Source: an uncultured Pseudomonadota bacterium
Lineage (GTDB): Bacteria > Pseudomonadota > Alphaproteobacteria > RF32 > CAG-239
DNA length: 64,000 nt
Reading direction: 5' to 3'
Assembly (NCBI GenBank): GCA_949298065.1
Contig: CASFUZ010000001.1
Span: 101,473-165,472, forward strand
Every line of letters starts with the position of its first letter. The first letter of the stretch is position 1. Below, piece after piece: positions 20,169-31,041 of the stretch. The notes under the pieces are model-generated. The model worked only from the letters and a program-made list of their open reading frames with translations. It searched no databases and was not told the origin of the DNA. The translations under genes were made by a program, and so were the position numbers.

Positions 20169-21623
20169 TTACTTCCTCACAAACTTAATATCTTCTTCCA
20201 AGGCCGAAGCTGTTTTGAAAACCGCACCTTCGTCAAATGCTTTTCCGATGACCTGCAAGCCCAAAGGCAAGCCTTCGGCAGACAAACCGGCAGGCAAGCT
20301 CATAGCCGGCAAACCGGCCAAGTTAACCGAAACCGTAAACACATCATTCAAATACATATTAATCGGGTTTTCTAACATAGACTTATCACCAATCGGGAAA
20401 GCAGGAACAGGAGCTGTCGGTGTCAAAATCACATCACATTTCTCAAAAGCCTTCATAAAGTCATCACGGATAAGGCGGCGAACTTTCTGCGCTTTAAGAT
20501 AATAAGCGTCATAATATCCGGCAGACAAAACATAAGTGCCAATCATAATACGGCGTTTTACCTCTTTGCCGAAACCTTCCGAACGGCTGTTGATATACAT
20601 ATTATCCAAATGCTCACCCGGCACACGCAAACCATAACGCAAACCGTCATATCTTGCCAAGTTTGAAGAAGCTTCCGCCGGAGCGATGATATAATAAGTT
20701 GCCAAAGCATACTTCGTATGCGGCAAAGATATATTAACAATCTCAGCCCCGCGCGCTTTAAGCATCTCAATACCTTTGTCCCAAACAGCGGCAATTTCGG
20801 CGTTTAAGCCATCCGGACGATATTCTGACGGAATACCGATTTTCATACCTTTAACATCTTGTCCCAAGAATTTTTCAAAATCAGGCACATCAACTTTTGC
20901 AGAGGTTGAATCTTTATTATCATAACCGGACATAGCCTTAAGCAAAATAGCACAATCGCGAACATCTTTGGCAATCGGTCCGGCCTGGTCTAAGGAAGAG
21001 GCAAAAGCCATAATACCATAGCGAGAACAACGACCATAAGTCGGCTTAATTCCCGTCACGCCGCAAAAAGCCGAAGGCTGACGAATAGAACCACCGGTAT
21101 CCGTTCCCGTAGCCGCCGCACAAATATTTGCAGCAACAGCTACCGCCGAACCACCGGAAGAACCACCGGCTACCAGAGCCTTATCTTTACTCCACGGGTT
21201 AACCGCAGGACCATAATAGCTGGTCTCGTTGCTTCCGCCCATAGCAAACTCATCCATATTAAGCTTGCCCAAGAAAGAAGCTCCGGCATCTAACAACTTT
21301 TGCGTAACCGTTGATTCATACTCCGGCACAAAACCGTCTAAGATATGCGAACAAGCTGTGGTGCGAATACCCTTGGTGCAGAACAAATCCTTAACACCGA
21401 GCGGAATACCCTCCAAAGCTCCGTTTGTGCCGTTTTTATACTTTTCATCAGAGCTTTTGGCTTGTTCCAAGGCTTTTTCAGGTGTTTCCAAAACATAAGC
21501 ATTAAGGTCGCGGTGGCTTTGCATTTTTTCAACATAAGCGTTTGTGAGCTCAACAGCGCTAAATTCCTTACTTTTGAACCCTTTCAAAGCTTCAGCAATT
21601 GTCAGTTTTGTTAAATCTGTCAT
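20169..21623 (-). CDS. gatA: Asp/Glu-tRNA amidotransferase subunit A
   Basis: Amidase signature [16 protein letters not shown] and [11 protein letters not shown]. Confidence 0.98.
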   Translation of the reverse strand: MTDLTKLTIAEALKGFKSKEFSAVELTNAYVEKMQSHRDLNAYVLETPEKALEQAKSSDEKYKNGTNGALEGIPLGVKDLFCTKGIRTTACSHILDGFVPEYESTVTQKLLDAGASFLGKLNMDEFAMGGSNETSYYGPAVNPWSKDKALVAGGSSGGSAVAVAANICAAATGTDTGGSIRQPSAFCGVTGIKPTYGRCSRYGIMAFASSLDQAGPIAKDVRDCAILLKAMSGYDNKDSTSAKVDVPDFEKFLGQDVKGMKIGIPSEYRPDGLNAEIAAVWDKGIEMLKARGAEIVNISLPHTKYALATYYIIAPAEASSNLARYDGLRYGLRVPGEHLDNMYINSRSEGFGKEVKRRIMIGTYVLSAGYYDAYYLKAQKVRRLIRDDFMKAFEKCDVILTPTAPVPAFPIGDKSMLENPINMYLNDVFTVSVNLAGLPAMSLPAGLSAEGLPLGLQVIGKAFDEGAVFKTASALEEDIKFVRK

Positions 21624-21628
21624 CTTCC

Positions 21629-21916
21629 CTACTCCACAACCTTCGGCACAACAAAATATCCAAACTCGGACATCGGCGCATTTTTCAACACTTCTTCGGC
21701 TTTTTCACCATCATTAACCACATCTTGTCGCCATTCCAAATTCGTTTGGTTAACCGAAACCAGCGGCTCCACATTATCTGTGTCAACTTCATTAAGTTGC
21801 TCCACCCAATTGAGAATCTTATTAAATTCTTCCTCGGTTTCCGCAATTTTATCTTCGTCCACTCTCAGGCGTGACAAAAATGCCACCCTTTTCACGGTTT
21901 CAGTATCAATAGCCAT
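21629..21916 (-). CDS. gatC: Asp/Glu-tRNA amidotransferase subunit C
   Basis: 95 aa ending YFVVPKVVE, upstream of gatA. Confidence 0.96.
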   Translation of the reverse strand: MAIDTETVKRVAFLSRLRVDEDKIAETEEEFNKILNWVEQLNEVDTDNVEPLVSVNQTNLEWRQDVVNDGEKAEEVLKNAPMSEFGYFVVPKVVE

Positions 21917-21928
21917 ATTTCTTTCCTC

Positions 21929-23743
21929 TTAATAAACAATTTTAAACGGCGGCAACACCGTCTCATACTTCATTCTTTTCAACATATTAATATCATTAGC
22001 CTCAAAGCCAAAATCATTCGCCACCTTATTAACAGAAATTTTCGGACCATTTCCGAGCATTTGCGCCAATTTTTCCTGAAAACTTCTGCGTCTCGGATAA
22101 TAAGAAATGTTAAAGCGTGTTTTAGGCTCAATTCCGCCCAATTCTTTAGCCTTAGCCACAGCAGCATTAATTCCGCCCAACGCATCTACCAATTTGTTAT
22201 CAACGGCGTTTTGCCCCAACCAAACTCTGCCACGTGCCAAACGATCCATCTCATTAGGGTTAATATCCCTGATTGTTGCGGTTTTTTCGGTAAAATCTTT
22301 ATAAATATTATCCAGAGAGCGATTAAATATGGCTTTTTCCGCCGGTGTAAAGACGTGGTTAGAACTCAAAATTCCGGCATTTTTACCGAATTTTATCTCA
22401 CCCCAATTAATATCAAGCTTTTTCCAAAGCTCGCTCAAAACCATTTTGCCGCCCAAAACACCAATAGAACCTGTAATGGTTAGCGGTTCAGCAATAATAT
22501 AATCTCCGGCCAAAGCCACAAAATATCCGCCCGATGCGGCATAATCCCCCATAGACACAACCACAGGTATCATTTTCTGCTTTTTTAGGCGCATAATAGC
22601 ATACCAAATCTCATTAGAGGCTGTATAACTTCCTCCGGGAGAATTAACTCGCAAAACCAAAGCCTTAACATTTTCATCTTGCGCAATCTCATCAAGTTGC
22701 CGAGCAATTGTATCAGCACCGACAACCGCCTCGCCTTGCAACGGGCTAGACACACTCTCGCCTTCCGTAATCATCCCGTCCAAAACCATCAAAGCCACTG
22801 TCGGACGATTTTTTTTGCCTTCTTTAATACTAAGTGCATAATCCAACACATTAACCATTTCGGCATTAGTATCATTCATCACTTGCTCTATCAAATCGGG
22901 CTTGTAGGCAATTTTATCAATCAATTTCAAATCCAAAGCTTTTTCTGCCGTAATCGGAGCATCATCAACAGCCTTTTCAATTTCAGACTTTTTAATACCC
23001 CTGGCTTCAGCCATACCCTCAACCATCTTTTCAAAGATACCGCCGCCAAGCTTTTTCATCTCACTCCGATATTCTTTGCTAAATTCCTTGTTCAAAAGCG
23101 ACGCAGCCGCATTTTTATATTCATGTCTGGCATAAAACTCCGGCCTTATTCCAAATTTATCCAACAGCCCTCTGACAAACGGAACTTCTATGCTCACCCC
23201 CGTAATTCCGACCTCTGTTGTCGGCTGCATCCAAATTTCATCAAAAGCCGTTGCCAAATAATATTCGCGCATACCCTGCCCAAAACTGCCGAATCCCGTT
23301 GAGTAAAGATAAGCTTTTTTACCGGTACTGCGAAAAACCTTAACTGCCTCGCGCAAATCCCCAATCTGTGCCATACCGAGTCCCGAAACACTCACATTAC
23401 CGACAAAAGCCTTCACTTTAGGGTCTAAAGCAGCCAAATTAATAGCTTTAATCAAATCATAAAAAGACAAAGAAGGAATACCGGAAAACTCCGTAAACAA
23501 ATCATCACTACGCGTTTCCGGATAATTTTCATTAAAATCCACAACTAAAATAGCCTTATCCGGCACTTCAGCCGCCACAAAATCATCTTGTCTGAGCATA
23601 TTCAGTACAAACAAAAGCAAAACAATAAACAACAAACCGAACAAAGCAAACGAATAGACCACCGATTTCATCAAAATTTTGGTAGCTAAAGTTTTTTTTC
23701 TGTTTGTTTTCAAGGCCGGAAAAGGCGTTTCAATCTGATTCAT
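21929..23743 (-). CDS. sppA: Signal peptide peptidase SppA (67-kDa type)
   Basis: EYKNA, LRVNSPGGS, SMGDYAASGGY, TGSIGV and GRVWLG motifs. Confidence 0.95.
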   Translation of the reverse strand: MNQIETPFPALKTNRKKTLATKILMKSVVYSFALFGLLFIVLLLFVLNMLRQDDFVAAEVPDKAILVVDFNENYPETRSDDLFTEFSGIPSLSFYDLIKAINLAALDPKVKAFVGNVSVSGLGMAQIGDLREAVKVFRSTGKKAYLYSTGFGSFGQGMREYYLATAFDEIWMQPTTEVGITGVSIEVPFVRGLLDKFGIRPEFYARHEYKNAAASLLNKEFSKEYRSEMKKLGGGIFEKMVEGMAEARGIKKSEIEKAVDDAPITAEKALDLKLIDKIAYKPDLIEQVMNDTNAEMVNVLDYALSIKEGKKNRPTVALMVLDGMITEGESVSSPLQGEAVVGADTIARQLDEIAQDENVKALVLRVNSPGGSYTASNEIWYAIMRLKKQKMIPVVVSMGDYAASGGYFVALAGDYIIAEPLTITGSIGVLGGKMVLSELWKKLDINWGEIKFGKNAGILSSNHVFTPAEKAIFNRSLDNIYKDFTEKTATIRDINPNEMDRLARGRVWLGQNAVDNKLVDALGGINAAVAKAKELGGIEPKTRFNISYYPRRRSFQEKLAQMLGNGPKISVNKVANDFGFEANDINMLKRMKYETVLPPFKIVY

Positions 23744-23823
23744 TTTTTCATACTTTCACAAAAAAGCCATCAGCCGACAAGGCCAATGGCTTTTAATATA
23801 AAGATTATGACTTAAAACTCAAG

Positions 23824-24654
23824 TTAAAATTCAGCCAAAACCTCAGCTGACTCATGAGCTTTATCCAAAGCTACCATACCGATTGAATGGTAACCGGCAT
23901 CAACGTGCAAAACTTCGCCCGTAATACCCATTCCCAAATCAGATAACAAAGCCAATGCGGCGCGACCGACTTCATCTTGCGTAACATTGCGTTTCAAAGG
24001 AGCATTGAGCTCGTTCCAACGCAAAATCTTGCGGAAATCACCGATACCGGAAGCAGCCAAAGTCTTAATCGGACCGGCAGAAATAGCATTAACGCGAACA
24101 TTCTGAACACCGAGGTCAACAGCAGCATAACGAACAGCAGCATCCAAAGCAGCTTTTGCAACACCCATAATATTATAGTTTGGCAAAGTTCTCTCGCCAC
24201 CCAAATAGGTCAAAGTAACAATACCTGCGCCATCGTTCAAAATCGGAGCAGCGCAACGGCATGTTTCCAAGAAAGAATAGCAAGAAATATGCATTGTGTT
24301 CAAAAAGTTCGGCAAAGTTGTATCAATCGTCCGACCTTTAAGCTCGTTTTTATCAGAAAAAGCAATAGCATGAACAACAAAATCAATTTTACCCCATTTT
24401 TCGCCCAATTCTTTGAAGCAAGCTTCAACACTGGCGGAGTCGGTAACATCACACTTAATCAGTGTCGGCTCAAAATGAAGAGTTTCCGAAAGCGGCTTAA
24501 CTCTTTTTTCCAAAGCTTCATTCTGGTAAGAGAAAGCAAGCTGAGCCCCCTGAGCATCCAAAGCCTGAGCAATACCCCAAGCAATAGACTTGTCGTTAGC
24601 CAAACCCATAATCAAACCTTTTTTACCGGCCATCAATGGTGTAGTCCCTGTCAT
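23824..24654 (-). CDS. fabI: Enoyl-ACP reductase
   Basis: GLANDKSIAWGIA, YNIMGVAKAAL and AISAGPIKTLAA; start moved to ATG 24654. Confidence 0.96.
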   Translation of the reverse strand: MTGTTPLMAGKKGLIMGLANDKSIAWGIAQALDAQGAQLAFSYQNEALEKRVKPLSETLHFEPTLIKCDVTDSASVEACFKELGEKWGKIDFVVHAIAFSDKNELKGRTIDTTLPNFLNTMHISCYSFLETCRCAAPILNDGAGIVTLTYLGGERTLPNYNIMGVAKAALDAAVRYAAVDLGVQNVRVNAISAGPIKTLAASGIGDFRKILRWNELNAPLKRNVTQDEVGRAALALLSDLGMGITGEVLHVDAGYHSIGMVALDKAHESAEVLAEF

Positions 24655-24764
24655 AATATTTTCCTTTGCTTTATTTAAAAAATTAAATATATTAAAATCA
24701 AATTCTGATAGACGTTTTATTAGATTAAACATTCTTTGTAAACATTTTTTTTCAGGTAATCAGT

Positions 24765-25667
24765 ATGTATTGGAAAACCGAACTTAAAAGCAAACTGCGC
24801 AAACACACGGAAACCATTAGAGAATTTTTGTTTTTCTTAGGCCGCCGCGCCCAAAACGACACAATTTTTCGCGTCGCTGCCTCATTAAGCTATACTTCGC
24901 TTATCGCCATTGTTCCGCTTTTTGCCATCGGCTTGTCTGTTTTCTCCGCTTTTCCGGTGTTTGATAGTGTCAAAGAACAAATCCAAGATTTTTTATTGCG
25001 CAACTTTGTCCCCACCATTGAACAAGAAGTCAGCCAATACCTGATAGAATTTATAGATGCCTCGGCACAATTAACCACAATTGGCGTTGTCAGTATCGCC
25101 ATCACGGCAATTTTAATGCTCTCCACGATTGAAAACAGCCTGAATTTCATATTTAAAGTAACACGTCCGCGCCGCTTGACAACAAAGATTACGCTTTACT
25201 GGACGGTCATCACCTTAGGCCCCCTGCTTTTAGGAACAGCCTTCTCCATGCGCGGATACTTGTTTACCCTGCAAAAATTTATGCCGCAAGACATAGCCGC
25301 CACCGAGATTCTCATAAGCAAACTCATCCCTTCAATGATAACAATGCTTTTGTTGGTCTTGGTATATGTTTTGGTTCCCAACAAAAAAATCAAAATCGGC
25401 AACGCTTTTATCGGTTCTCTGGTTGCCGTTATTATGTTTGCCTTTCTCCGCAAAGGATTCGCCTATTTCATGATAAAAGCCGCAACCTACAAAACCCTAT
25501 ACGGTGCTTTAGCTACCCTACCCGTCTTTCTTATCTGGATGTATCTGGCTTGGGCTGTGGTCATTTTCGGAGCTGTCGTTACCGCTGCTTTAGAGGAATA
25601 TCAACAGCTTGACAAACGCTCTCTTAAAAAAATCATCATCGCCGGCAAGCCCGAAAAACGTAAATAA
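24765..25667 (+). CDS. YihY/BrkB family inner-membrane protein
   Basis: AASLSYTSL, YWTVITLGP and YGALATLPVFLIWMYLAW motifs. Confidence 0.9.
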   Translation: MYWKTELKSKLRKHTETIREFLFFLGRRAQNDTIFRVAASLSYTSLIAIVPLFAIGLSVFSAFPVFDSVKEQIQDFLLRNFVPTIEQEVSQYLIEFIDASAQLTTIGVVSIAITAILMLSTIENSLNFIFKVTRPRRLTTKITLYWTVITLGPLLLGTAFSMRGYLFTLQKFMPQDIAATEILISKLIPSMITMLLLVLVYVLVPNKKIKIGNAFIGSLVAVIMFAFLRKGFAYFMIKAATYKTLYGALATLPVFLIWMYLAWAVVIFGAVVTAALEEYQQLDKRSLKKIIIAGKPEKRK

Positions 25668-25706
25668 AATTATTTTTACTAAAGTCAAAAAAAGTTCTTG
25701 CAAAAA

Positions 25707-25721
25707 GAACAAAAGTAGTAC
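25707..25721 (+). promoter_or_regulatory. Alphaproteobacterial LexA box upstream of recA
   Basis: GAAC-AAAAGTA-GTAC fits GAAC-N7-GAAC/GTAC, ~110 bp before the recA ATG. Confidence 0.75.
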
Positions 25722-25827
25722 ATTGTATTTTCCAAGGGATAACTGCAATGCTCAAATTGTCTTTTAAAAGAATAAGAGTGATAGTAGGAATCAGAAATTA
25801 ACTAATCGTTACAGGAAGAGAGACGAC

Positions 25828-26859
25828 ATGGAAAAAGATAAAGCCCTAGACGCGGCATTAAGCCAAATTGAACGCGCTTTTGGCAAAGGCTCTATTATGC
25901 GCCTTGGTCAAAACCCGAATGTAGACATTGAAGCCATCTCAACCGGTTCCTTAGGCATAGACATTGCCTTGGGTATCGGAGGCTTGCCCAAAGGCCGTAT
26001 TATTGAAATTTATGGTCCTGAGAGCTCAGGTAAAACAACTTTGGCTTTGAGCGTCATTGCACAATCCCAGAAAAAAGGCGGAACTTGCGCTTTCATTGAT
26101 GCCGAACACGCTCTTGACCCTTCTTATGCCAAGAAAATCGGCGTTGACATTGACAATCTGCTCATTTCTCAACCTGATGCCGGCGAACAAGCTCTTGAAA
26201 TTGCTGATACCTTGGTTCGCTCCGGCGCGATTGATGTTCTGGTCGTAGACTCTGTTGCCGCGCTGGTTCCCAAAGCCGAACTTGAAGGCGAAATGGGCGA
26301 TTCTCATATGGGCCTGCAAGCCAGACTAATGAGCCAAGCTTTGCGTAAATTGACCTCCACAGTTTCTCGCTCAAACACACTGATTATTTTCATCAACCAA
26401 ATCCGTATGAAAATCGGTGTTATGTTTGGCAATCCCGAGACCACAACCGGCGGTAATGCACTGAAATTCTATGCATCTGTTCGCATGGACATCCGCCGCA
26501 TCGGCTCCATTAAGGATAAAGAAGATGTTATCGGTAGCCAAACCAGAGTCAAAATTGTTAAGAACAAAGTTGCTCCTCCGTTCAAAACCGTTGACTTTGA
26601 CATTATGTATGGCGAAGGCATCTCCAAAACAGGTGAGCTGATTGACCTCGGTGTTAAAGCCGGAATTGTTGAAAAAGCCGGAGCATGGTTTTCTTATAAA
26701 GGAGAAAAACTCGGTCAAGGCCGCGAAAATGCCAAACTATTCTTAAGAGATAATCCAGCTATAGCCGAAGAGATTGAAAATAAGATTCGCGCCGACGCAG
26801 GACATCTCACCACAGAAATGATAGGTGATGACGACCCCGAAGCCATCAACGAAGACTAA
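25828..26859 (+). CDS. recA: Recombinase A
   Basis: [29 protein letters not shown] and ALKFYASVR. Confidence 0.99.
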   Translation: MEKDKALDAALSQIERAFGKGSIMRLGQNPNVDIEAISTGSLGIDIALGIGGLPKGRIIEIYGPESSGKTTLALSVIAQSQKKGGTCAFIDAEHALDPSYAKKIGVDIDNLLISQPDAGEQALEIADTLVRSGAIDVLVVDSVAALVPKAELEGEMGDSHMGLQARLMSQALRKLTSTVSRSNTLIIFINQIRMKIGVMFGNPETTTGGNALKFYASVRMDIRRIGSIKDKEDVIGSQTRVKIVKNKVAPPFKTVDFDIMYGEGISKTGELIDLGVKAGIVEKAGAWFSYKGEKLGQGRENAKLFLRDNPAIAEEIENKIRADAGHLTTEMIGDDDPEAINED

Positions 26860-26893
26860 AAAAAAGAGCACCTGAAAAGGTGCTCTTTTTTTT
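26860..26893. terminator. Bidirectional terminator recA/trkH
   Basis: AAAAAGAGCACCT-GAAA-AGGTGCTCTTTTT. Confidence 0.88.
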
Positions 26894-26904
26894 CATATCT
26901 AAAC

Positions 26905-28350
26905 TTAATTTCGCCAAAAACTTTTTGTAAAGATTACCAATACGGTCAAAACTTCCAAACGACCAAGCAACATTGCCAAAACCAACATATATTTAGCAAA
27001 ATCAGACAGCGGCGCAAAAGTTCCGGCAGGCCCCACAATCGGACCAATTCCCGGACCTGAGTTTGTAACACAAGCCACAACGGCACTAAATGCTGTTTCA
27101 AAATCTAATCCGGTCATAGCCACCAAGACTGTAAGGACAACCAAAGTTCCCATAAATGCGCTCAAAAATACAAATACGGAAGACACAATAGAACCACCTG
27201 TAGCCAACTTACCGATTTTAATCGGCACAACCCGATTCGGCTCTGTAGCCACAATAAGAGACTGTTTCAAATAAGCCCAAACAACTTGCCATCTAAACAC
27301 CTTAACAGAACCTGAAGTAGAGCCGGTACAGCCACCTGTCATTGCAAATATAATAAAGAGAGTACCGGCCAATGGCCCCCATTTCATATAATCTGTTGAT
27401 ACATAACCAGTTGTTGTAACAATAGAGACAATATTAAATGTAGCATATCGCAAAGACTGCCAAAAATTTTCATAAACATCATCATAAGTCAGCCATATGG
27501 CCGTAAATAAAATATAAAAGAACAAAATCTTAGTAAAAGCCACAACCTGCGTAGACCTCAGAGAATGGATTTCCCTCTTTTGCACCAATAAAATATAAAA
27601 AGTCATCGGCAAAGCGCCTAAATACATGAACAAGGTCAATATCATCTCAATGCTGACACTGTCATAATAACCAACCGACGCATTTTTTGTAGCAAAACCA
27701 CCTGTTGCAATAGACGACATAGCATAATTAAGCGCCTCAAAGATACTCATTCCGGCCAACCATAAGCATACGGCACAAGCAAATAACAAAAAGAAATAAA
27801 CGATTAAAATTCTTTTGGCTATATAATTGAATTTTGGCATAAATTTATCATTTAAGTCAGAATTTTCACGTTGAAAAATCTGCATACCGCCAATTCCCAA
27901 AAATGGAAGCAAAGCCACGGCAAAAATAACAATACCTATTCCTCCTAAGCCATTCAGCATAGAGCGCCATAACAAAATAGATTTTGGCAAGACTTCCAAA
28001 TCTTTAATAGCTGTTGCACCTGTTGTACTCAGTCCCGACATAGCTTCAAATAGAGCATCTGCAAAACCGGGAACAACTCCAAACAACATAAAAGGCAAAG
28101 CCGCCAAAAGTGTCAAAGAAACCCAACTGATTGTCGTTAACAAATAACCTTGTTGCAAGCTAATTTTTTCAATTTTAGTTTTGTTTCCCAAAAACAGAGA
28201 AATTCCAATAAACAACGTAACCATAGAAGAAGTAATGAAAGGCGACCATTTTGCTCCGGCATAAAACATATCAATCATTGCCGGAAACAGCATCGCCACT
28301 CCCAAAACGCTAATAAGATAACCGTTAATCATCAAAACCGGCTGCCACAT
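26905..28350 (-). CDS. trkH: Trk potassium uptake permease
   Basis: Four pore loops (STTG, ATGG, TTTG, NSGPG), GGCTGSTSGSVK and LGRLE. Confidence 0.93.
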   Translation of the reverse strand: MWQPVLMINGYLISVLGVAMLFPAMIDMFYAGAKWSPFITSSMVTLFIGISLFLGNKTKIEKISLQQGYLLTTISWVSLTLLAALPFMLFGVVPGFADALFEAMSGLSTTGATAIKDLEVLPKSILLWRSMLNGLGGIGIVIFAVALLPFLGIGGMQIFQRENSDLNDKFMPKFNYIAKRILIVYFFLLFACAVCLWLAGMSIFEALNYAMSSIATGGFATKNASVGYYDSVSIEMILTLFMYLGALPMTFYILLVQKREIHSLRSTQVVAFTKILFFYILFTAIWLTYDDVYENFWQSLRYATFNIVSIVTTTGYVSTDYMKWGPLAGTLFIIFAMTGGCTGSTSGSVKVFRWQVVWAYLKQSLIVATEPNRVVPIKIGKLATGGSIVSSVFVFLSAFMGTLVVLTVLVAMTGLDFETAFSAVVACVTNSGPGIGPIVGPAGTFAPLSDFAKYMLVLAMLLGRLEVLTVLVIFTKSFWRN

Positions 28351-28362
28351 CTGCCCTACCCT

Positions 28363-29211
28363 TTATAATGCAACGTTTTTGGAAAGCCCATCATCAACCA
28401 TCTTTTGGTTAATACTTTGACCATCCACCTCGCAGAGAGCTGTCGCCACTTCTTGATATGTATATGCCACAATATTGCAGCGAACCGTTTTTCCCTTAAC
28501 CATTTGTTCCAAAAACTTCTTAGCTTCAATACCTTTGGGTGTATTCGGGTCAACATAAATACCATAAAGGAAAAGATATGTTCCGTTAACAATCATCTCA
28601 TTAGCATTTTGAACAATAGCTGCACCGCTGACATCAATCTGATTTTCAACATAAATTAAAGGCAAGGTCTCAGAGACAACGATTTTCTGTTTTTCAGGCT
28701 GAAGATTATCGTTTTTAGCAACTTCTTCCATAATAGCATCAGTTTTTTCGGCTTGTATCAATGCTTGCTCTTTTTTCACTTCTTCTACAGAAACCACTTC
28801 TTGATTTTCTAAAATATCAACAGCTTGCGGAGCAGACTTTGCTTTTTCAAACATCTGTCTGCGAATAGCCTTTTGCTTAGTTCCGACCAATTGGTCAATA
28901 CCTCTTTCAGGCAACATTTTGCCACCCAATTCAGGCATCAACACCTCTGTTTTTCCGACAATCGGCTTAACCTTATCCGAAACAGTTTCAGCCACAAAAT
29001 TATAACCATTTTTAATTTTGTTCCAGTACCAAAGATGCACTTCCGAAGGCTTAGAGCCGATAAATGTCGGAATCAAATACATCAAAATCAGCACCGGAAT
29101 AAAGATTAAAGGCTTACGAAGAGGATAAAGCAAAATCATTGCCACTCTATGCAAAAACCCCTTAAAACCGGTCATTGGTCCGAAATAGTCGCGATCATTT
29201 CTGCGTCTCAT
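28363..29211 (-). CDS. Membrane-anchored protein with C-terminal thermonuclease (SNase)-like domain
   Basis: N-terminal TM; C-terminal LYGI...AKKFLEQMVKGKTVRC...ALCEVDGQSINQKMVDDG pattern. Confidence 0.7.
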   Translation of the reverse strand: MRRRNDRDYFGPMTGFKGFLHRVAMILLYPLRKPLIFIPVLILMYLIPTFIGSKPSEVHLWYWNKIKNGYNFVAETVSDKVKPIVGKTEVLMPELGGKMLPERGIDQLVGTKQKAIRRQMFEKAKSAPQAVDILENQEVVSVEEVKKEQALIQAEKTDAIMEEVAKNDNLQPEKQKIVVSETLPLIYVENQIDVSGAAIVQNANEMIVNGTYLFLYGIYVDPNTPKGIEAKKFLEQMVKGKTVRCNIVAYTYQEVATALCEVDGQSINQKMVDDGLSKNVAL

Positions 29212-30923
29212 TTTTTCTCACTTCCGTATTTATCTTTGAGTTCCTGAGCTTTTTCCGGAGAAATTCTTTCAAACAAAGCCTCTCCGACCACAAATTTATG
29301 TCCGGGCTTCAAAACCTCAATTTCCTTACTAATGTCAAAATTCTTCAATTCCGGCATATCTGCAATGCCCAACCCCAAACGAGCCAACATTTGCTCCGAA
29401 ATTTTCGGCATAATCGGATAGTTCAAAATTGCAAAAATGCGAATAAGATTGATGCAAACACGCAAGATTGCGGCGGCTCTGTCTTTATCTTCCTTAATAA
29501 CAGTCCACGGCTCGGTTGTAGAGATATAGTTGTTTCCCTCTACCCAAATAGCGCGCAACTCATTCATGGCTTTGCGGAACTCCATATCTTCCATAAACTT
29601 AAGATAATTATTTATTTTTTCTTGCAAAGTTTTAACCAACTCAAGTTCAACTTCTGTCATCTCTCCGCCGGCAGGAACTTCCTCGCCAAGCTTAGATGCA
29701 GTCATCTTCAACACGCGGGATACAAAATTACCCAACACGCCGTTCAGGTCTTTATTAACCACACCGGAGAACAAATCAAAATCAAAAGAAGCATCTGAAC
29801 CTTCGGGGATATTTGCCATCAGCCAATAACGCCAATAATCTGCCGGAAATTCCTTAACCGCATCTTCGGCAAAGATTCCTCGGTTCTCGGACTTTGAAAA
29901 CTTTCCGCCTTCATAAGTCAGGTAGCTCATACCCTTCAAATAATCAACCATTGTCCAGTTTTCGCCCGTACCAAGCAAAGTCGCGGGGAAAGAGATAGAG
30001 TGGAAAGGCACATTATCCTTGCCCATAAACTCCACATACCGAACATCTTTGGCATCAAGCCACCATCCTTTCCAACTGCGCTCTTCCGGTTTTTCATCAG
30101 CCCATTGTTTGGTAATGCCGATATACCCGATTGGCGCATCAAACCACACATAAAAGACCTTATTTTCAAAACCCGGACGATTAACCGGAAAACCCCATTT
30201 CAAATCACGTGTAATACAACGCTCTTGCAAACCTTCCTTAAGCCATTTTTGTGCGATAGAATAAGCCATATCCGGCCAGAAAGGCTCCTTAGACTTAACC
30301 CATGCGGCTAATTTTTCCTCAATTTTCGGCAGTTTCAGGAACAAATGCTTGGTTTCGCGAACCTCCAGATTCGTACTTCCCGAAATTGTACTGCGCGGAT
30401 TAATCAGTTCGGTTGGTTCCAAAACCTTTGTGCAGTTTTCACATTGGTCACCACGCGCTTTTTCATAACCACAGTGCGGACAAGTTCCCGTAACATATCT
30501 ATCCGGCAAAAAGCGCTCATCATCAATGGAATAAAGTTGCTTAATAACCCGCTCTTCAATAAAACCATTCTTGTCCAACTGGTCAAAGATATGATAAACC
30601 AGCTCTTTGTTTTGCTCACTGCTAGAGCGACCAAAACAGTCAAAAGACAACTCAAAATCATCATAAGTTTTTTTGTGTCTTGCATGATATTTATCACAAT
30701 AAGCCTCAACACTCATACCTTCTTTAGCAGAGCCAACCTCTGATGGAGTCCCGTGTTCATCCGTACCGCCGATATACAAAACCTCATGTCCCATCATTCG
30801 CATAAACCTTGCATAAACATCAGAAGGCAACAAGCAACCGACCATATGCCCCAAATGCGGCACACCGTTTACATAAGGCAAAGCAGAAGTAATCAAAATC
30901 TTAGACATAAAGTTTTTCTCCAT
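29208..30923 (-). CDS. metG: Methionyl-tRNA synthetase
   Basis: TSALPYVNGVPHLGH (HIGH), Zn knuckle CPHC...CENC, YVWFDA and KFSKS. Confidence 0.97.
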   Translation of the reverse strand: MEKNFMSKILITSALPYVNGVPHLGHMVGCLLPSDVYARFMRMMGHEVLYIGGTDEHGTPSEVGSAKEGMSVEAYCDKYHARHKKTYDDFELSFDCFGRSSSEQNKELVYHIFDQLDKNGFIEERVIKQLYSIDDERFLPDRYVTGTCPHCGYEKARGDQCENCTKVLEPTELINPRSTISGSTNLEVRETKHLFLKLPKIEEKLAAWVKSKEPFWPDMAYSIAQKWLKEGLQERCITRDLKWGFPVNRPGFENKVFYVWFDAPIGYIGITKQWADEKPEERSWKGWWLDAKDVRYVEFMGKDNVPFHSISFPATLLGTGENWTMVDYLKGMSYLTYEGGKFSKSENRGIFAEDAVKEFPADYWRYWLMANIPEGSDASFDFDLFSGVVNKDLNGVLGNFVSRVLKMTASKLGEEVPAGGEMTEVELELVKTLQEKINNYLKFMEDMEFRKAMNELRAIWVEGNNYISTTEPWTVIKEDKDRAAAILRVCINLIRIFAILNYPIMPKISEQMLARLGLGIADMPELKNFDISKEIEVLKPGHKFVVGEALFERISPEKAQELKDKYGSEKK

Positions 30924-30987
30924 TATTTTTTTTAATTTTTATGCTTATAACGCGCCGATTTTACAACAAATGCACAATTTCTCAAGC

Positions 30988-31026
30988 AAAAAAAGGTTGT
31001 TTCCACCCGAAAACAACCTTTTTTTT
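30988..31026 (-). terminator. Intrinsic terminator
   Basis: AAAAAAAGGTTGTTT...AAACAACCTTTTTTT. Confidence 0.8.
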
Positions 31027-31041
31027 CCGAATTATATTAAG

